A stretch of 64,000 bases of DNA from the human T2T-CHM13v2.0 reference genome, Homo sapiens, in assembly GCA_009914755.4 (NCBI GenBank), contig CP068257.2:15488001-15552000 (forward strand), written 5' to 3'. The position numbers and the translations under genes were made by a program. Positions 1-14,285 of the stretch are shown here, piece after piece. The notes below the pieces were generated by a model. The model saw nothing but the letters and a program-made list of their open reading frames with translations, did no database searches and was not told the DNA's origin. Numbering within the stretch: the stretch's first letter is position 1; each line of letters begins with the position of its first letter.

Positions 1-1804
1 CTTTGACCAACTGCATCACCAGATCACCCACAGACATATCCTACAACCTTCTCTGACTGCCCAGCTTAGACCAGTGGGTCTCTGGGGAGCTACAGATCTC
101 TTAGTGACCTAATCTTCAGTTCAGGCCACCCCTAAGGGAGGAGGGAGTGCAACCTGCCAGGGTCCCCCCTTGAGGCTGAGGAAACACAGTCATGGTGCCA
201 CTGATTGCAGAGGGCTCCCCTAAGGCCCAAGAATGACCTTGGTGAAACGGTCATTTCTTGCCCCTCTATCTCTCCTTCCCCAGAAGACTGCTCTATATGC
301 ACTGAAATACAAAACAGGTGTATGGCAGAGCCTATCTGCTAGACCTTACTCTTAAGCACCATCTATTGTATCATAACCTGAATTACACCACCAAATAAAA
401 ACAAATTCCTTCACTTTGCAATGCCTATGAAACCCAGTGCAGGAAACTAACCACAATTAAGGAACTCATGCAGAGCCTTGGCACTCTGAAAGCACAAAGA
501 ACATCCAGAAATGAAGCCAACTAATGGTACACGACATATACCACAGTCAAACTCTCAAGGGAAAAAAGAATATAAAAACAAAAAACCCCATCCAAACAAT
601 AGCAATTTAAAAGTAACAGGAAGCACCAGCCCCTCAGATGAGAAGAAATCAGTGCAAGAATTCTAGCAATTCAGAAGGTCAGAGTGTTTCCTTACCGCTA
701 AAGGATTGCACTAGGTCCCTAGCAATGGATCCTAAGCAGATTGAGAGGTCTGAAATGACAGAAATATAATTTAGAACCTGGATGGCAAGGAAGCTCAGTG
801 AGATTCCAGAGAAAGTTGAAATTCAGTTTAAGGAAACCAATGAAATAATCCAGGAGTTAAAAGGTAACACAGCCTTTTTATGAAAGAACCAAACTGAACT
901 TCTGGAATTGAAAAATTCACTACAAGAATTTAAAAATATAACTGGAGACCTTAACACCAGGCTAGACCAAAGAAACAATTTGAGAGCTCAAAAACTGGTT
1001 ATTCAAATCAACCTAGACAAAAATCAAGAAAAGTGAATTTAAAAATAAAATCTTCAAGAAATATGAGATTATGTAAACAGAGAAAAACCTACGAGTCAGT
1101 GGCATTCCTGAGAGAGAAGGAGGGAGAGTAAGCAACTTGGAAAACATATTTTAGGATATAATTCATAAAAATTCCCCTAATCTCACCAGAGGGGTCAACA
1201 TGCAAAGTCAAGAAATTCAGGGAACCCTTGAAAGATACTTACAAGATGACTATCCCCAAGACACATAGTCATCAGACTCTCTAGGGTGAACATGAAAGAA
1301 AAAAATCTTGAAGGTAACTAGAGAAAAGTCAGGTCACTTACAAAGAAAACCCTATCAGGCTAACATCAGACTTCTCAGCTGAAATTTTACAAGCCTGAAG
1401 AGATTGGGGGCCTATTTTAAGCACTTTTTAAATGAAATTCTAATCAATTTTATATTCTTCCAAACTAAGCTTCATAAGCAAAGGAGAAATAAAATCTTCC
1501 AGACAAGCAGTCACTAAGGGAATCTATTACTGCTAGACCGGCCTTACAAGAGATTCTAAGGGAGTTCTAAACATGAAAACAAAAGAACACCTGCTACCAC
1601 AAAATTACATTTAAGTAATATAGCCCACCAATTATATAAAGAAACTACACAATTGAGATTACAAAGCAACCAGCTAACAACATCATGACAGGATGAAAAC
1701 CTCACATATCAATATTAACCTTGAATGCAAATGATCTCAACACCCCACTTAAAAGGCACAGAGTGGCAAGTTAGATTTTTAAAAAACCAAGACCTGAGCT
1801 GGGC

Positions 1805-2109
<305 letters not shown>

Positions 2110-4355
2110 ACCAAGACCCAACAATCTGCAGTCTTCAAGATATCCTTCTCACATACAAGGATACCCATAGGCAAAAAAACATCAAGAAATGGAGAAAGAT
2201 CTATCATGCAAACAGAAAACAAAAACAACAAGGGCCAAGCATCACTATTCTTATATCAGATAAAACAGAATTTAAACAAAAAAAGAAAGAAAAAAAAAAG
2301 AACAAAGATAGGCATTACATCACATAAAGGGTTCAATTCAACAAGTCTTAATTATCCTAAGTATATAAATACCCAACATTGGAGCACCCAGATTCATAAA
2401 CAAGTACTTAAAGACCTACAAAAAAATTAGACAACCCCACAATAATAGCTGGGGGGCTTCTACACCCCATTAGCAGCGTTAGATCATCAAGGCAGAAAAC
2501 TCACAAAGAAATTCTGGACTTAAATTCAACACTTGGCCAATTGGACCTAATAGACATCTGCAGAACACTACACCCAACAACCACAGAATATACATTCTTC
2601 CCATTGACACACAGAACACACTCTAAAATAGAATACATGCTTGGCCATAAAACAAGTCTCAGTAAATTCAAAAAAATCAAAATTATATCAAGCACATTCT
2701 TGGAACACAGTGGAATAAAAATAGAAATCAATACCAGGAAGACACCTCAAAATCACACAATCACATGGAAATTAAACAGCTTGCTCATAAATGACTTTTG
2801 GATAAACAACAAATTTAAGGCAGAAATCAAAAAAATTATTGGAAATTAATGAAAACAGAAATGCAACATATCAAAATCTCCAGGATGTAACAAAAGCAGT
2901 GTTAAGAGGAAAGTTTATAGCAATAAATATCTAGATCAAGAAGTTAGAAAGATCTCAAATTAACAATCTAAATCACATCTAGAGGAACTAGGAAAACGAG
3001 AACAAACTAACTCCAAAGCTAGCATAAGAAAAGAAATAATTAAAATCAGAGCAGAACTGAACAAAATTGAGACCCAAAAATCCATACAAAGCATCAATGA
3101 AAACAAAACTTGATTCCTTGAAAGGATAAAGAAGATTGATTGATAGACCACTAGATAGATTTAAAAAGAAAAAAAGAGAGAAGATCAAAATAAGTATAAT
3201 CAGAAATGACAAAGATTACATCACAACTGATCCCGCAGAATTACAAAAGTGCCTTAGAAACTACTATGAATACTTCTATGCACACAAATTAGAAAATCTA
3301 CAGGAAATGGATAAACTTTGGACACACACAATCTTCCAAGATTGAATCAGGAAGAAGTTGAAATCCTAAACAGAACTATAATGAGTTCCAAAATTGAATC
3401 AGTAATAAAAAGAAAAACCTACCAACCAAAAAGAAGTCCTATACCAGATGGATTCACAGGCAAATTCTACAAGACGCACAAAGAAGAGCTTATACCAATC
3501 TTACTGTAATTCAAAAAATTGAGGAGAGACTCCTCCATAACTCATTCCATTAATCCAGCATCATCCTGACACCAAAATCTGGCAAGAAAAATACAATGAT
3601 AAAGGAAAACTACAGGCCAATATTTCTGAGGAACACAAATGCAAAAATCCACTACAAAATACTAGCAACCCAAATCCAGCTGCGCATCAAAAAGTTAATT
3701 CACCATGATCAGGTAGGCTTCTTTCTTGGGATGCAAGTTTGGTTCAATGCATACAAATTGATAAATGCAATTAACCACATAAAGAGAATTAAAAACAAAA
3801 ACCATATGATCATCTTAACAGATGCAGAAAATGCTTTTGATAAAATTCAACATCCCTTTATGATTAAAAAAAATCCCTCAACTAGGCATTGAAAAAACAC
3901 CTCAAAATAATAAGGGTCACCTATAACAAAGCCATAGCCAAAATTATACTGATTGGAACCATTTATCTTGAGAACTGGAACAAGACAAGTTTGCCTACTC
4001 TTACCACTCCTCTTCAATACAGTACTGGAAGGCCTACCCCAAGCAATCAAGTAAGAGAAATAAAAGGCATTCAAATAGCAATAGAAGAAGTCAAATTATT
4101 TCTCTTCACTGATTATATAATTCTATACTTGGAAAGCCCTAAAGGCTCGACCAAAAGGCTCCTAGAACTAAAAAATGACCTCAGTAAAGTTTCAAGATAT
4201 AAAACCAACGTACAAAAATCAGCAGTATCTCTCTACAGTAATAATGTTCAAGCTGAAAGACAAGTCATGAATGCAATCCCACTTATAGTAGCCACACAAA
4301 AATATAAAATACCTAGGAAATACAAATAAAAACCACGATGAGATACCATCTCACA

Positions 4356-4711
<356 letters not shown>

Positions 4712-5707
4712 TTAGTTCAGCCATTGTGGAAAGCCATTCAGAGATTTCTCAAAGAACTAAATACAGAACCACAATTCAACCCAGCAGTCACATTACTAGG
4801 TATATACCCAAAGGAAAATAAACCATCGTACCAAAAAGACACATGCCTTCATATATTTAACACAACACTATTCACAATGGCAAGAATATGGAATCAACCT
4901 AGGTGCCCATCATCAGTGGATTGGATAAAGAAGATGTGGTACATATCCACCATGGAATACTATGTAGCTATTAAAAAGTGAAATTATGTCCCTGGCAGCA
5001 ATGTGGATGCAAGTAGTCACCGTTATCCTAAGGAATTAACGCAGGAACAGAAAACCAAATACCATATGTTCTCACTTAGAAGTGGGAGCTAAATATTGAT
5101 TACTCATGGAAGTAAAGCTGATAACAATAAACACTGGGGACTACTAAAGGGAGGAGGAGGAAGGGGAGCAAAGTTTGTAAAACTACCTATGGGGTACTAT
5201 GCTCACTACCTGGGTGACAGGATCAATCATACCCCAAGCCTCAGCATCACACAATATACCCAGGTAACAAACCTGCACTTGTACCCTCTGAATCTAAATA
5301 AAATTTTAAATAAAACTAACAAGCAAACAAACAAAACAAAGAAGTGAGAAGAGGGTAATTATATGGGAATTTTCCTTATGACCTTAGGCATAGTATTCAT
5401 CAGAGTAAAAATTAACAATTAAAGTGTCAGTAGTAAAAGCACACCAGCTTATAAATAGAGTTATTTTTCTGCCAGTGGGCACCAAACTGGGGTACATGCA
5501 CCCCAGAATACATGCAAGAGGGGTCATGGGGATATGTGAAGAATGTATTAGAACTTCTAATAATTTTTATCCAAAATTTGGTGATTAAGCTTTATTAATA
5601 TTTAGACTAACAAGGTACATATTACTGATGTATAGATAATTATCTTTATATTGTGGGGTGCATGGTTGCTCAAATATACTTATTGATAGAAATACAAATT
5701 AAATTAT

Positions 5708-6045
5708 GGGCAGGTGTAGTGGCTCATGCCTACAATCCCAGCACTTTGGGATTGTAGTCTGAGACCAGCCTGGGGAATGTAGTAAGATGAAGAAAGAAGA
5801 AAGAAAAGAAAAGAGAAAGTTAGCCAGGTATAGTTGTGTGCAGAAGGAAGGAAGGAAGGAAGGAAGGAAGGAAGGAAGGAAGGAAGGAAGAAAGCAAGCC
5901 AGGTATAGTTGTGTGTACTTGTGTTCCTGGCTACTCGGGAGGCTGAGGCAGGAGGATCACCTGAGTCCAAGAGGTCGAAGCTACAGTGTGCAATGATCAT
6001 GCCACTGTACTCCAGCCTGGGTGATGGAGTCAGACCCTGTCTCAA
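5708..6045 (+). mobile_element. Old, diverged Alu (AluJ-like) whose middle linker is replaced by an expanded purine microsatellite.
   Basis: Left arm gggcaggtgtagtggctcatgcctacaatcccagcactttggg. Right arm agccaggtatagttgtgtg...ctactcgggaggctgaggcaggaggatcacctgag...ccactgtactccagcctgggtgatggagtcagaccctgtctc. Confidence 0.75.
5844..5890. repeat. (GGAA)n microsatellite, about 11 units, inside the Alu. It is flanked by a duplicated 19-mer agccaggtatagttgtgtg (5823-5841 and 5897-5915).
   Basis: Direct reading: gaaggaaggaagg... The 19-mer appears on both sides. Confidence 0.9.
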
Positions 6046-6068
6046 AAAGAGAGAGAGAAAGAGAGAAA
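6046..6068. repeat. (GA)n-like low-complexity tract extending the Alu tail.
   Basis: Sequence agagagagaaagagagaaa. Confidence 0.5.
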
Positions 6069-6409
6069 TTTAAAATTTTGAAAAGCACCAACCTAAACAA
6101 TAAGGGAAATTTTACATTAAGTTACATTGTCTCTAGACTACACTGTAGCAAATTATTAGAATAACAGGAGTCCACAGGAGCAAAGTCTTTGAAGAAAAAC
6201 AAAATTAAGCAACAATTTTAAACAAAGGAAACATGTTTTAAACATAAAGTTCAGTGTTTCTGAAAATGGATAATGCTAACTCACAACACACATAGCTGAC
6301 ATAGCTGCACAAGGAAAATGTGAGAGAGGAAGCAAGGAAGGAAAGGAGGGAGGGAGGGAGGGAGGGAATGTGAAGAGAAAGTAAATGCAGTGTAAAAGTA
6401 AAGACTAGT

Positions 6410-6745
<336 letters not shown>

Positions 6746-7319
6746 CTAAAGATTTTAGTGTCTAATATATTGTTTTAAAACCTCCTTGTCTTTAATAAAC
6801 CATAATTTTTTTTGTTTCCTCCGCTAAAGACACTGAAAAATTCAGGTGCAAATGAAAATGAAAGCAAAACTGCTCTACTCATATTTGTTTCCTTCATTCT
6901 CGATATTGTTCCTCTGCCTCCAGGTCTGTGCAGTCTCTCATCTGAAGGAGTAGACAACAAAGCCACTGTGCATTCTTCCTCCTGAGAACTGTAGATTGCA
7001 CAACCTGATACCAATCATAGCTCAAGACCGTTACACTAGAAATCAGAAAACTTAGACTCGAGAATTATTTCTTTCAGAGTATACAATCTTAACAACACAT
7101 TAACTTTGGAAGGGGTTGGGTTGAAATTTCCCTTCCGTGAAATCCTATGTTGCCCCTGTTTATTTCCAAAATCCTAGCTGTAATTGTCTATGATCCCATA
7201 TTATTTCATCATATCAATTTGAAATGTACTATAGGGGGAAAAATATACAACCTGTAAATTTCTCTGATCTATCACATAATTTCATCTGTGAATTGCAGTG
7301 TTCCAAATGTGATCATAAG

Positions 7320-7560
7320 ATTCATTCATACATTTATTTAGGAAGCATTTATTAATTCCCCTATGATCTGTCAGATAATGTGCCAAATGCTTCACCTATG
7401 ACAGTAAACAGAGATTTCTCTTTTGTGTATTCACAGAGTTTAGGGGCTGCTGGAAAAGACAGATTAGCAAGCATTTACACAAGCAAGGTGCTAAGAACTA
7501 TGATGGGGGCATGTGAGGCATATAAGAACATAGATAAATATTTAATTCTGACTTAAAGGG
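7320..7560 (+). repeat. Possible MIR/THER-like ancient SINE fragment.
   Basis: Motif attcattcat...atttatt...ctatga.ctg.cag..a.tgtgccaa..gcttc...acagtaaacagag resembles the MIR core. Highly diverged. Confidence 0.3.
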
Positions 7561-7618
7561 TTAAAATTTCCTGGAGGAAGTGACATATAAGTCACCTAAA
7601 ATATAAATAAGAATTGAC

Positions 7619-7671
7619 CAGGTGAAGGGGTGACAAAGTCCAGGTGAAGGGGTGACAAAGTCCAGATGAAG
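7619..7671. repeat. Tandem duplication of a 22-bp unit caggtgaaggggtgacaaagtc (about 2.4 copies).
   Basis: Two exact adjacent copies plus a partial third (cagatgaag). Confidence 0.85.
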
Positions 7672-10258
7672 AAAAGTCATTAGCACCATACATATCAAAA
7701 AGAGACATTTTATGAAATCTAAAGTCTGGGCTGCTATACTGTACATCTCTGAGGACAGTACCAGAGCCCATGAGGTCCTCCCTTGAATTGTGCAGGCCAC
7801 AGTATTTGTGGCATAGGGTCATCCCTTCAAAACTTGCTTTATTATGGTTGAGGTCAGAAGTATGAATGAAGACATGAAGAGGTAAGAAGAGGTCAAATAT
7901 AACAGGGCATCGTTATCCAAGTGTGGAAGCTGGGTTAAAGTATTTGAAACAGAGAAAACAAAAACAATCGTATCACCAATGTGTAAGGACTCTCAGTGGG
8001 TCAAGAGAGGCCTGACCTACTTCAGTTTCTTCAGATATGGTATTTTTCATTTCTAGAATTTCCATTTGGTTCTTTTTCAGAGTTTGCATTTTTCTAATGT
8101 AATCCTCCATCTTATTTTACTTATTATACTTATTTTCCTCTGAATTCTTCAACGTGTTTGTAATTATTATTTTAAATTTCTTGTTTGCTAAATCCAACAT
8201 CTGGGTCACCTGTAAGTCTCTTTTTATTGAGGTTTTCCTCTTGATTGTGAGTCTCATATTCCTGCTTTTGTGCCTGTCTCATGTTTAGTCAAATGATCTT
8301 AGACACTGGAGTAAGTAATATTTTCCTCTATAAAGGGCTTGTTTTTTATCCTGTCAGAAATCCAGGATGAGGGAAGAGCTCTTTGATCTAACCAAGACTA
8401 AAGCTGGGTTAGGAATGAGTAGTTGCTTTAGATAGTTTTGCCTGGTTTCAAATGTCTTGAGTATGAGATCAAGACCCTTTCTCCAGCAGGACGTTGAGAT
8501 CTAAGCATTGCAAGACTGAGATTTCTCTTTGCTTTTCAGTCTAGTCCTTGGGCTCCCATGCCACCATTTATTCAGCAGAAGTCCTATGGAGAAGAATTGG
8601 TGGGCGGGAAGAATTCACTACACATCTGAAACTCCTGCATGTTTCTAGCCACCATCCCAGCCCATGTGCAGCCAATAAAAATCTGGCTGGATTTTCCTTC
8701 TCACAGAAGTGTTTCTGCCCATGTCAAGTGTGTTATTCTGACTGCCCAGGCGCCCAGACGCAATAAGTATGTTCAGAGGTGAATGTAGCTCCCACTCTCT
8801 GCTCATATCAGAAAGGGTAATCCCCTCGCTGCACTTTACTGCATGTAGACACTTTTGCATCCATAATTTTTGATAGTTTTAAGGAAAACATGACTTGTAT
8901 ATTTAGCCAACATTGTCTCATTGCCAGAGCAAGTGAAATGGTCTTTCCTTATCCGCCACAAATTAAGTGAAAGTGGAACTCTCTATTATTTTCTGTTTGG
9001 AGAGGTTTCCTATACTGCATACTTTACTTAGTAGAGCTCCAAGCAATGCCAGATTATTAAAGTGCTGATTATCTAATGAACATTTAATATTAAGTTTTAT
9101 ATTTGTAAAAATTCATAAATCCAGTACTGTGGGCAGTGTAGTCAATATTTTTCTCATTAGAGACCATCAAGTCATGCAAAGTAAGTACTTTCCAAGTTTA
9201 AATGACAATGGTCAATCTATTTACTCCTTTGACATTATGAAGAAGATCATGATCGTCACTAACACCTATGTAATAGATACCCATAGGGCCCCATCTCACA
9301 CTCTTACAACCCATCTTTTTACTGCAGACATTGCTATAAAATCAGGTCCATGCATTTGTAAACTGACAGCAGCTGCTTCAGCTGCCTCCTGTATCTCTCA
9401 TTTTCATCCCTGAGGCTTTTTTGCCACCACCTCATGGGACTCCTTTAAGAACCTGCTAAGCCATTCTGACTCACGCACAAATCAAAGGAGTGAGGAAGCT
9501 AACACTACAAGGACAATCCTTGACCAATGGAAAAAGAAGGAGAGTAGTGAATAAACACTACCCTCAGTCATCTCTAAGCTGGACAGTTCTGAGTTTCATT
9601 TGACACAGGACCCCAAGGGTATCTGGTAGGACTGAGCTCCAGTTGTCCACAGTAGTGATTAGATGAATAAAGCACCCTGGGATTGGTTTTCTCCCTTCCC
9701 CTGCTTCACTTTCCAGTCCCTAGTACTGTTTCTTGGGATCATTTCCCAAAATAAACTACCTGTATGCAAGCTGTCATATGGTGCTGTGCTTTAGGGAACA
9801 TCATGGATAAAACAGCTTGGAAAGATTGAACAACAATTACAGGAAAGACAGATAAAAGAAACTAGAGATGGGGGCACATTATGATTTCAGAGATATGAAA
9901 ATATCAGAAGAACTATCACCATGGTGTCATGCAAGTGTGTCTTTATTTTAAAAATCTCTAACAACCTCTTTTGTGCAACCATTTCCTAGAATGCCCACTC
10001 ATGTTAACAGTATATGAGTATTTTTAAAATAAAAAATTGCCAAAATTTTTCATAAAACTTGAGATATATTTTAAGTATTTCCATGTACACTATCAACACT
10101 TTAATGCACATACAAAAAGATCAATGGCATAAAATAGTGCTATGCTAAATATATTATAGAACACATGGAAAAATTCACAGGGCACCACAAGCCATTGCCT
10201 CTAGTAATAAAACACAAATATGACATAATTTAAAGTTGTGTCATAACATCTTTCATTC

Positions 10259-10279
10259 GTGTGTGTGTGTGTGTGTGTA
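10259..10279. repeat. (GT)n dinucleotide microsatellite, about 10 units.
   Basis: Sequence cgtgtgtgtgtgtgtgtgtgtatgcatg. Confidence 0.9.
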
Positions 10280-12989
10280 TGCATGTCATAGACAAAATGA
10301 CCTTTTTAGTCCAGTCTTCCCTAATCCCTCCACAAGCTCATAACTGAGGGATGAAGAATCAATGATGAGGATGAGTGTGAATATCCAAATGGCTGCTGGA
10401 AGACTGGGCAACCATAGTGATAACAAGTTGTTGGTTTTCATCAACTCTCACTCCCACTATTCACCTCAAACAAAGCTACTTCTACAATTACCTGTGTTAT
10501 TACTGCTATTACTATACTACCCGTAATAACAACCTTGGACAATTGTCAACAGACAATTGACATTCTCTTGATTCGTAAATTTTGGGTCAAAACCTTTATG
10601 AGAGCTCTATTTTTTTACCTTTAACTTAAAATACACATGAAAGTTTAAGCAAATGCAGTTTTAAGACAAGTCTCCTTGACATCTTTCCTTTTCCAATAAA
10701 TTTACCTGATTTTTGCATCCATATGAAAGTAACAGAGCCAACAAGTAGGATACCAATCTCAGTGAGACATGATGGTGGACTGAAACAGGGATGGAGTAAA
10801 GTCAAAAGATTTGAAAGATATTTAGGTAATAAAACTGCTAGAACTTGGTGATTAGATATGTGGAATGACAATCTAACACATACTACTAGAAATGGGTTTT
10901 CCATTCCCTTCTAATCTGTCTCTAACAGTAGCTATTAGTGAACAACTCCGTGCAGGTGATAGAGTTTTAATCAGGATGAAATATAGCTTGATGAAGAAAA
11001 CGTAGGTGATCCAGGGGAAAAACGGATGTGAAGAAAGCATAAAAATAAAAATATTCAATCCTGTGTAGAGGATAGAAGAGAGAAGAAGCATTTGCACCCT
11101 GATAAAGTCTGACCAAGAGAAGTAGAGTCAATTAACATCTAAATGAAATAAATACTGATTCTCTTAGACTAAACTTTCACTAAATGCTGAATTTCACCCT
11201 TTGTTCATGTAAGCCTCTGGTTGTAAATGAGGGGTGAATCATCCCCCTCCCTCTAGGGGCAGTTGACAATGTCTAAAGACATTTTTGCTGTGATAACACG
11301 GGTCAGGATGTTAGCACTACTGGAATCTCATACATAGAGACCAAGGGTGTTGCTAAATATCTTATAATGCACAAGATAGCCCCCTACAACAAATAATTAT
11401 CCAGCACAAATGTCAATGGTGCCATGTTTGAGAAACCCTAGAATTCACTGACATAAGAAATATCAAATTAGACACCCAGACACTGTCATGTTGTGGGAGG
11501 CACTAAGAAAAGAAAGTCATAGGTCCTGCCCATGAAGAAGAAATGGCTTAAATTTATTAATTTTCAATATAAGAGCAACTATTCAAATAATAGCACAGGT
11601 AGTAATAAGACATATGTCATAAATCAGTATGTCTGTGATTGCTACATAAATGGTATCTATGATAAGTGCTCAATCTATATTTTTATAGAGTGGAGAGCAA
11701 AAGTCAGCCTAGAAAAAAAAACCATACCTGTTTTGTGAACACAGCATTTCTGAGGTGTCTGGAGGAGAAATAACTTAGGATTTCGCTAAAAAAAAAAATA
11801 GTCATGTGAAACAGACAGAAAATATTCTATTTTGGGAAATTTTATGAGTTTTCCAGAGAAAAAAAGATATACTCCATTGCTTAAGGCCAGATTCAGGATG
11901 GTCTTATATTTTTTTTACCTAGAAGTGGAGTTTTGAGCAGTAAAGTGACAGAATGAAATTTATCTTTCAGTAAAAGCAATTAGGTGGCAGTAGGTGGAAC
12001 CAACTGTATATCAGAGGCACTGTGGACAAAGAGAGATCAAGAAGAAAAAATGTTTGAATAGTGACATAAAAGATTCTTGCAAAAAAATGGTGGCTCTGAG
12101 TAAGAAGACAAAACATATAGTAAGATCAACCTGAGAATCAGGAATGGACAGGATTATCCAAATGTCAATAAAAGCAAAGAGTGTATAACAGAAAGTAATT
12201 TGTTTTGTTAAAGGGAGTATTAAAGATCCTCATGCACGTGTAAAACTAATAAACTTCTTATGCCTTTCTTTTACTAAAAAACCTTACTTACACCAACTTG
12301 ACCATCATCTGCTGTGACTTTTTTTTTTTTTTGGAAATAATGGTAATCCCTGGTAACTAGAGGTAAAGAATGACTACATATGATTATAATGACAGGTATA
12401 GCAACTACTTTTAAGGCACCATGTAGAATTCTTTTAGCTTCATCTGGCTTTTATTCCAGCACCTGGACAACGGTCCTGCATAAGCTATGTCCAGCATCCT
12501 GTAGGTAACTTCTGACCACACTTTGTCTCAGGTCTGTGTTGTGTGCCTCCTCCCTCCTTACTCTGGACTTTTCCAGGTAGGATCCCACTGGGATCTGCTT
12601 GATGTCCATATTTTCACAACCTGAGGGTAAATAAGAGTTAACTCCCCATGTGGGCACACAGTAAGCAATCAAGGACAGAAGCCAGTAGATGTATGCTCCC
12701 CACCCAAACCTTGCCTACATGAGATTGCAAGGTGTAGATTATATTGTTTCTCAGGTAGTCCTATAAAATTTAAGAAACCAATCACCTCTATCAGTAGCCA
12801 ACTAAAGAAGACATCTTTGCATTGCCTCTTTCCTGTTTCTGCTTCCTTTCCCTGTCACTCTCGTTTAATCTCTGGGGTCAAACACTAGAATAAAGCATTT
12901 GTCCTTAACCCTGTGTTCCAGGTATGCTTTGTGAAGAACTTAGGTAAAGGCAATCATGATGACATTGATGATGATGACAATAACATCTA

Positions 12990-13080
12990 ATATTGCGGAA
13001 ACATCATTCTCATTTTTACAGGTGAAGAAACTAAGGAAGATAAATGTTGCCTTCATTTCCTCTTAATAAGTTAAGTCACA
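12990..13080 (-). repeat. Possible MIR core fragment.
   Basis: Sequence ttttacaggtgaagaaactaaggaagataaatgttgcc resembles the reverse complement of the MIR core (ttttacagatgaggaaactgaggc.cagagaggttaag). Confidence 0.35.
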
Positions 13081-13929
13081 ATAAAGAAAAAACAAAACAA
13101 AAAATAAAATAAAATTAAGTTATAAGGTCTTGCTAATGAGGCTACATGTTTACTCATTGACATTTCCCCTCTTGAAATAAAACAAGATAAGCACAAGGGA
13201 AAAATAGGTGGCTACGTTAAGTAAACATTTCTAGTTTGTTTTGGTCACAGATGAAACACAGATTCAGTGAGCACATTACAAAGTAGACTTTAAATTACCC
13301 ATTATTTATTATCATTGCATTAATTCTAGTAGTGGAGTTATTTATTTATTTGTGGCTACTATTTGAGAAGTATTCTTCAATACCAGATTGACTTTTAAAA
13401 TTTGAGAAATAATGGCATTCTGGGGACAGAATAGCAAGCACCTTATTGGGTGATGAGTCATGTCTTCAGGGTATATATTAGCTGCTTCTGGCAGTCCTCA
13501 GCATTTGAGGAGTATCTTAATGATGCTTCTCCAAAGCATTTTTAAAAATAGAAAATTAATGAATAAACATAAAACATTATTTACATTTCTTCTTGAGATA
13601 CTTAATTTTTGTGTTTGTGACAGCTTTGGCATGCCAGGTAGGATTTTATGACTCTGCAAGAACTATAGCATTATTGGGCTTGGAGTGCCCTCTAATGCAG
13701 AAATGACTCCGGTGGCCGAAAACATAGATCAAGACGTTCAATTCCCATCAAAACACCTGGAAAGCTTTCCAAAGAAGGACTGGTACAGCAAAGACTACAA
13801 TAAATACTACTAACTCCCCAGACATTGATAGGCATCCAAAGGCATCAAGGCCGTTCGAGAAAATATGATCTCACCAAACAAACTAAATAAGGCAACCATC
13901 ACCAATTCTGGAGAGAGAGAGATATGTGA

Positions 13930-14285
<356 letters not shown>

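Noticed and set aside
6300-6372. Purine-rich (GGAA/GGGA)-like tract gaaggaaggaaaggagggagggagggagggagggaa as a second microsatellite or regulatory element
   Set aside because: It is short and imperfect low-complexity sequence with nothing beyond composition to support a function.
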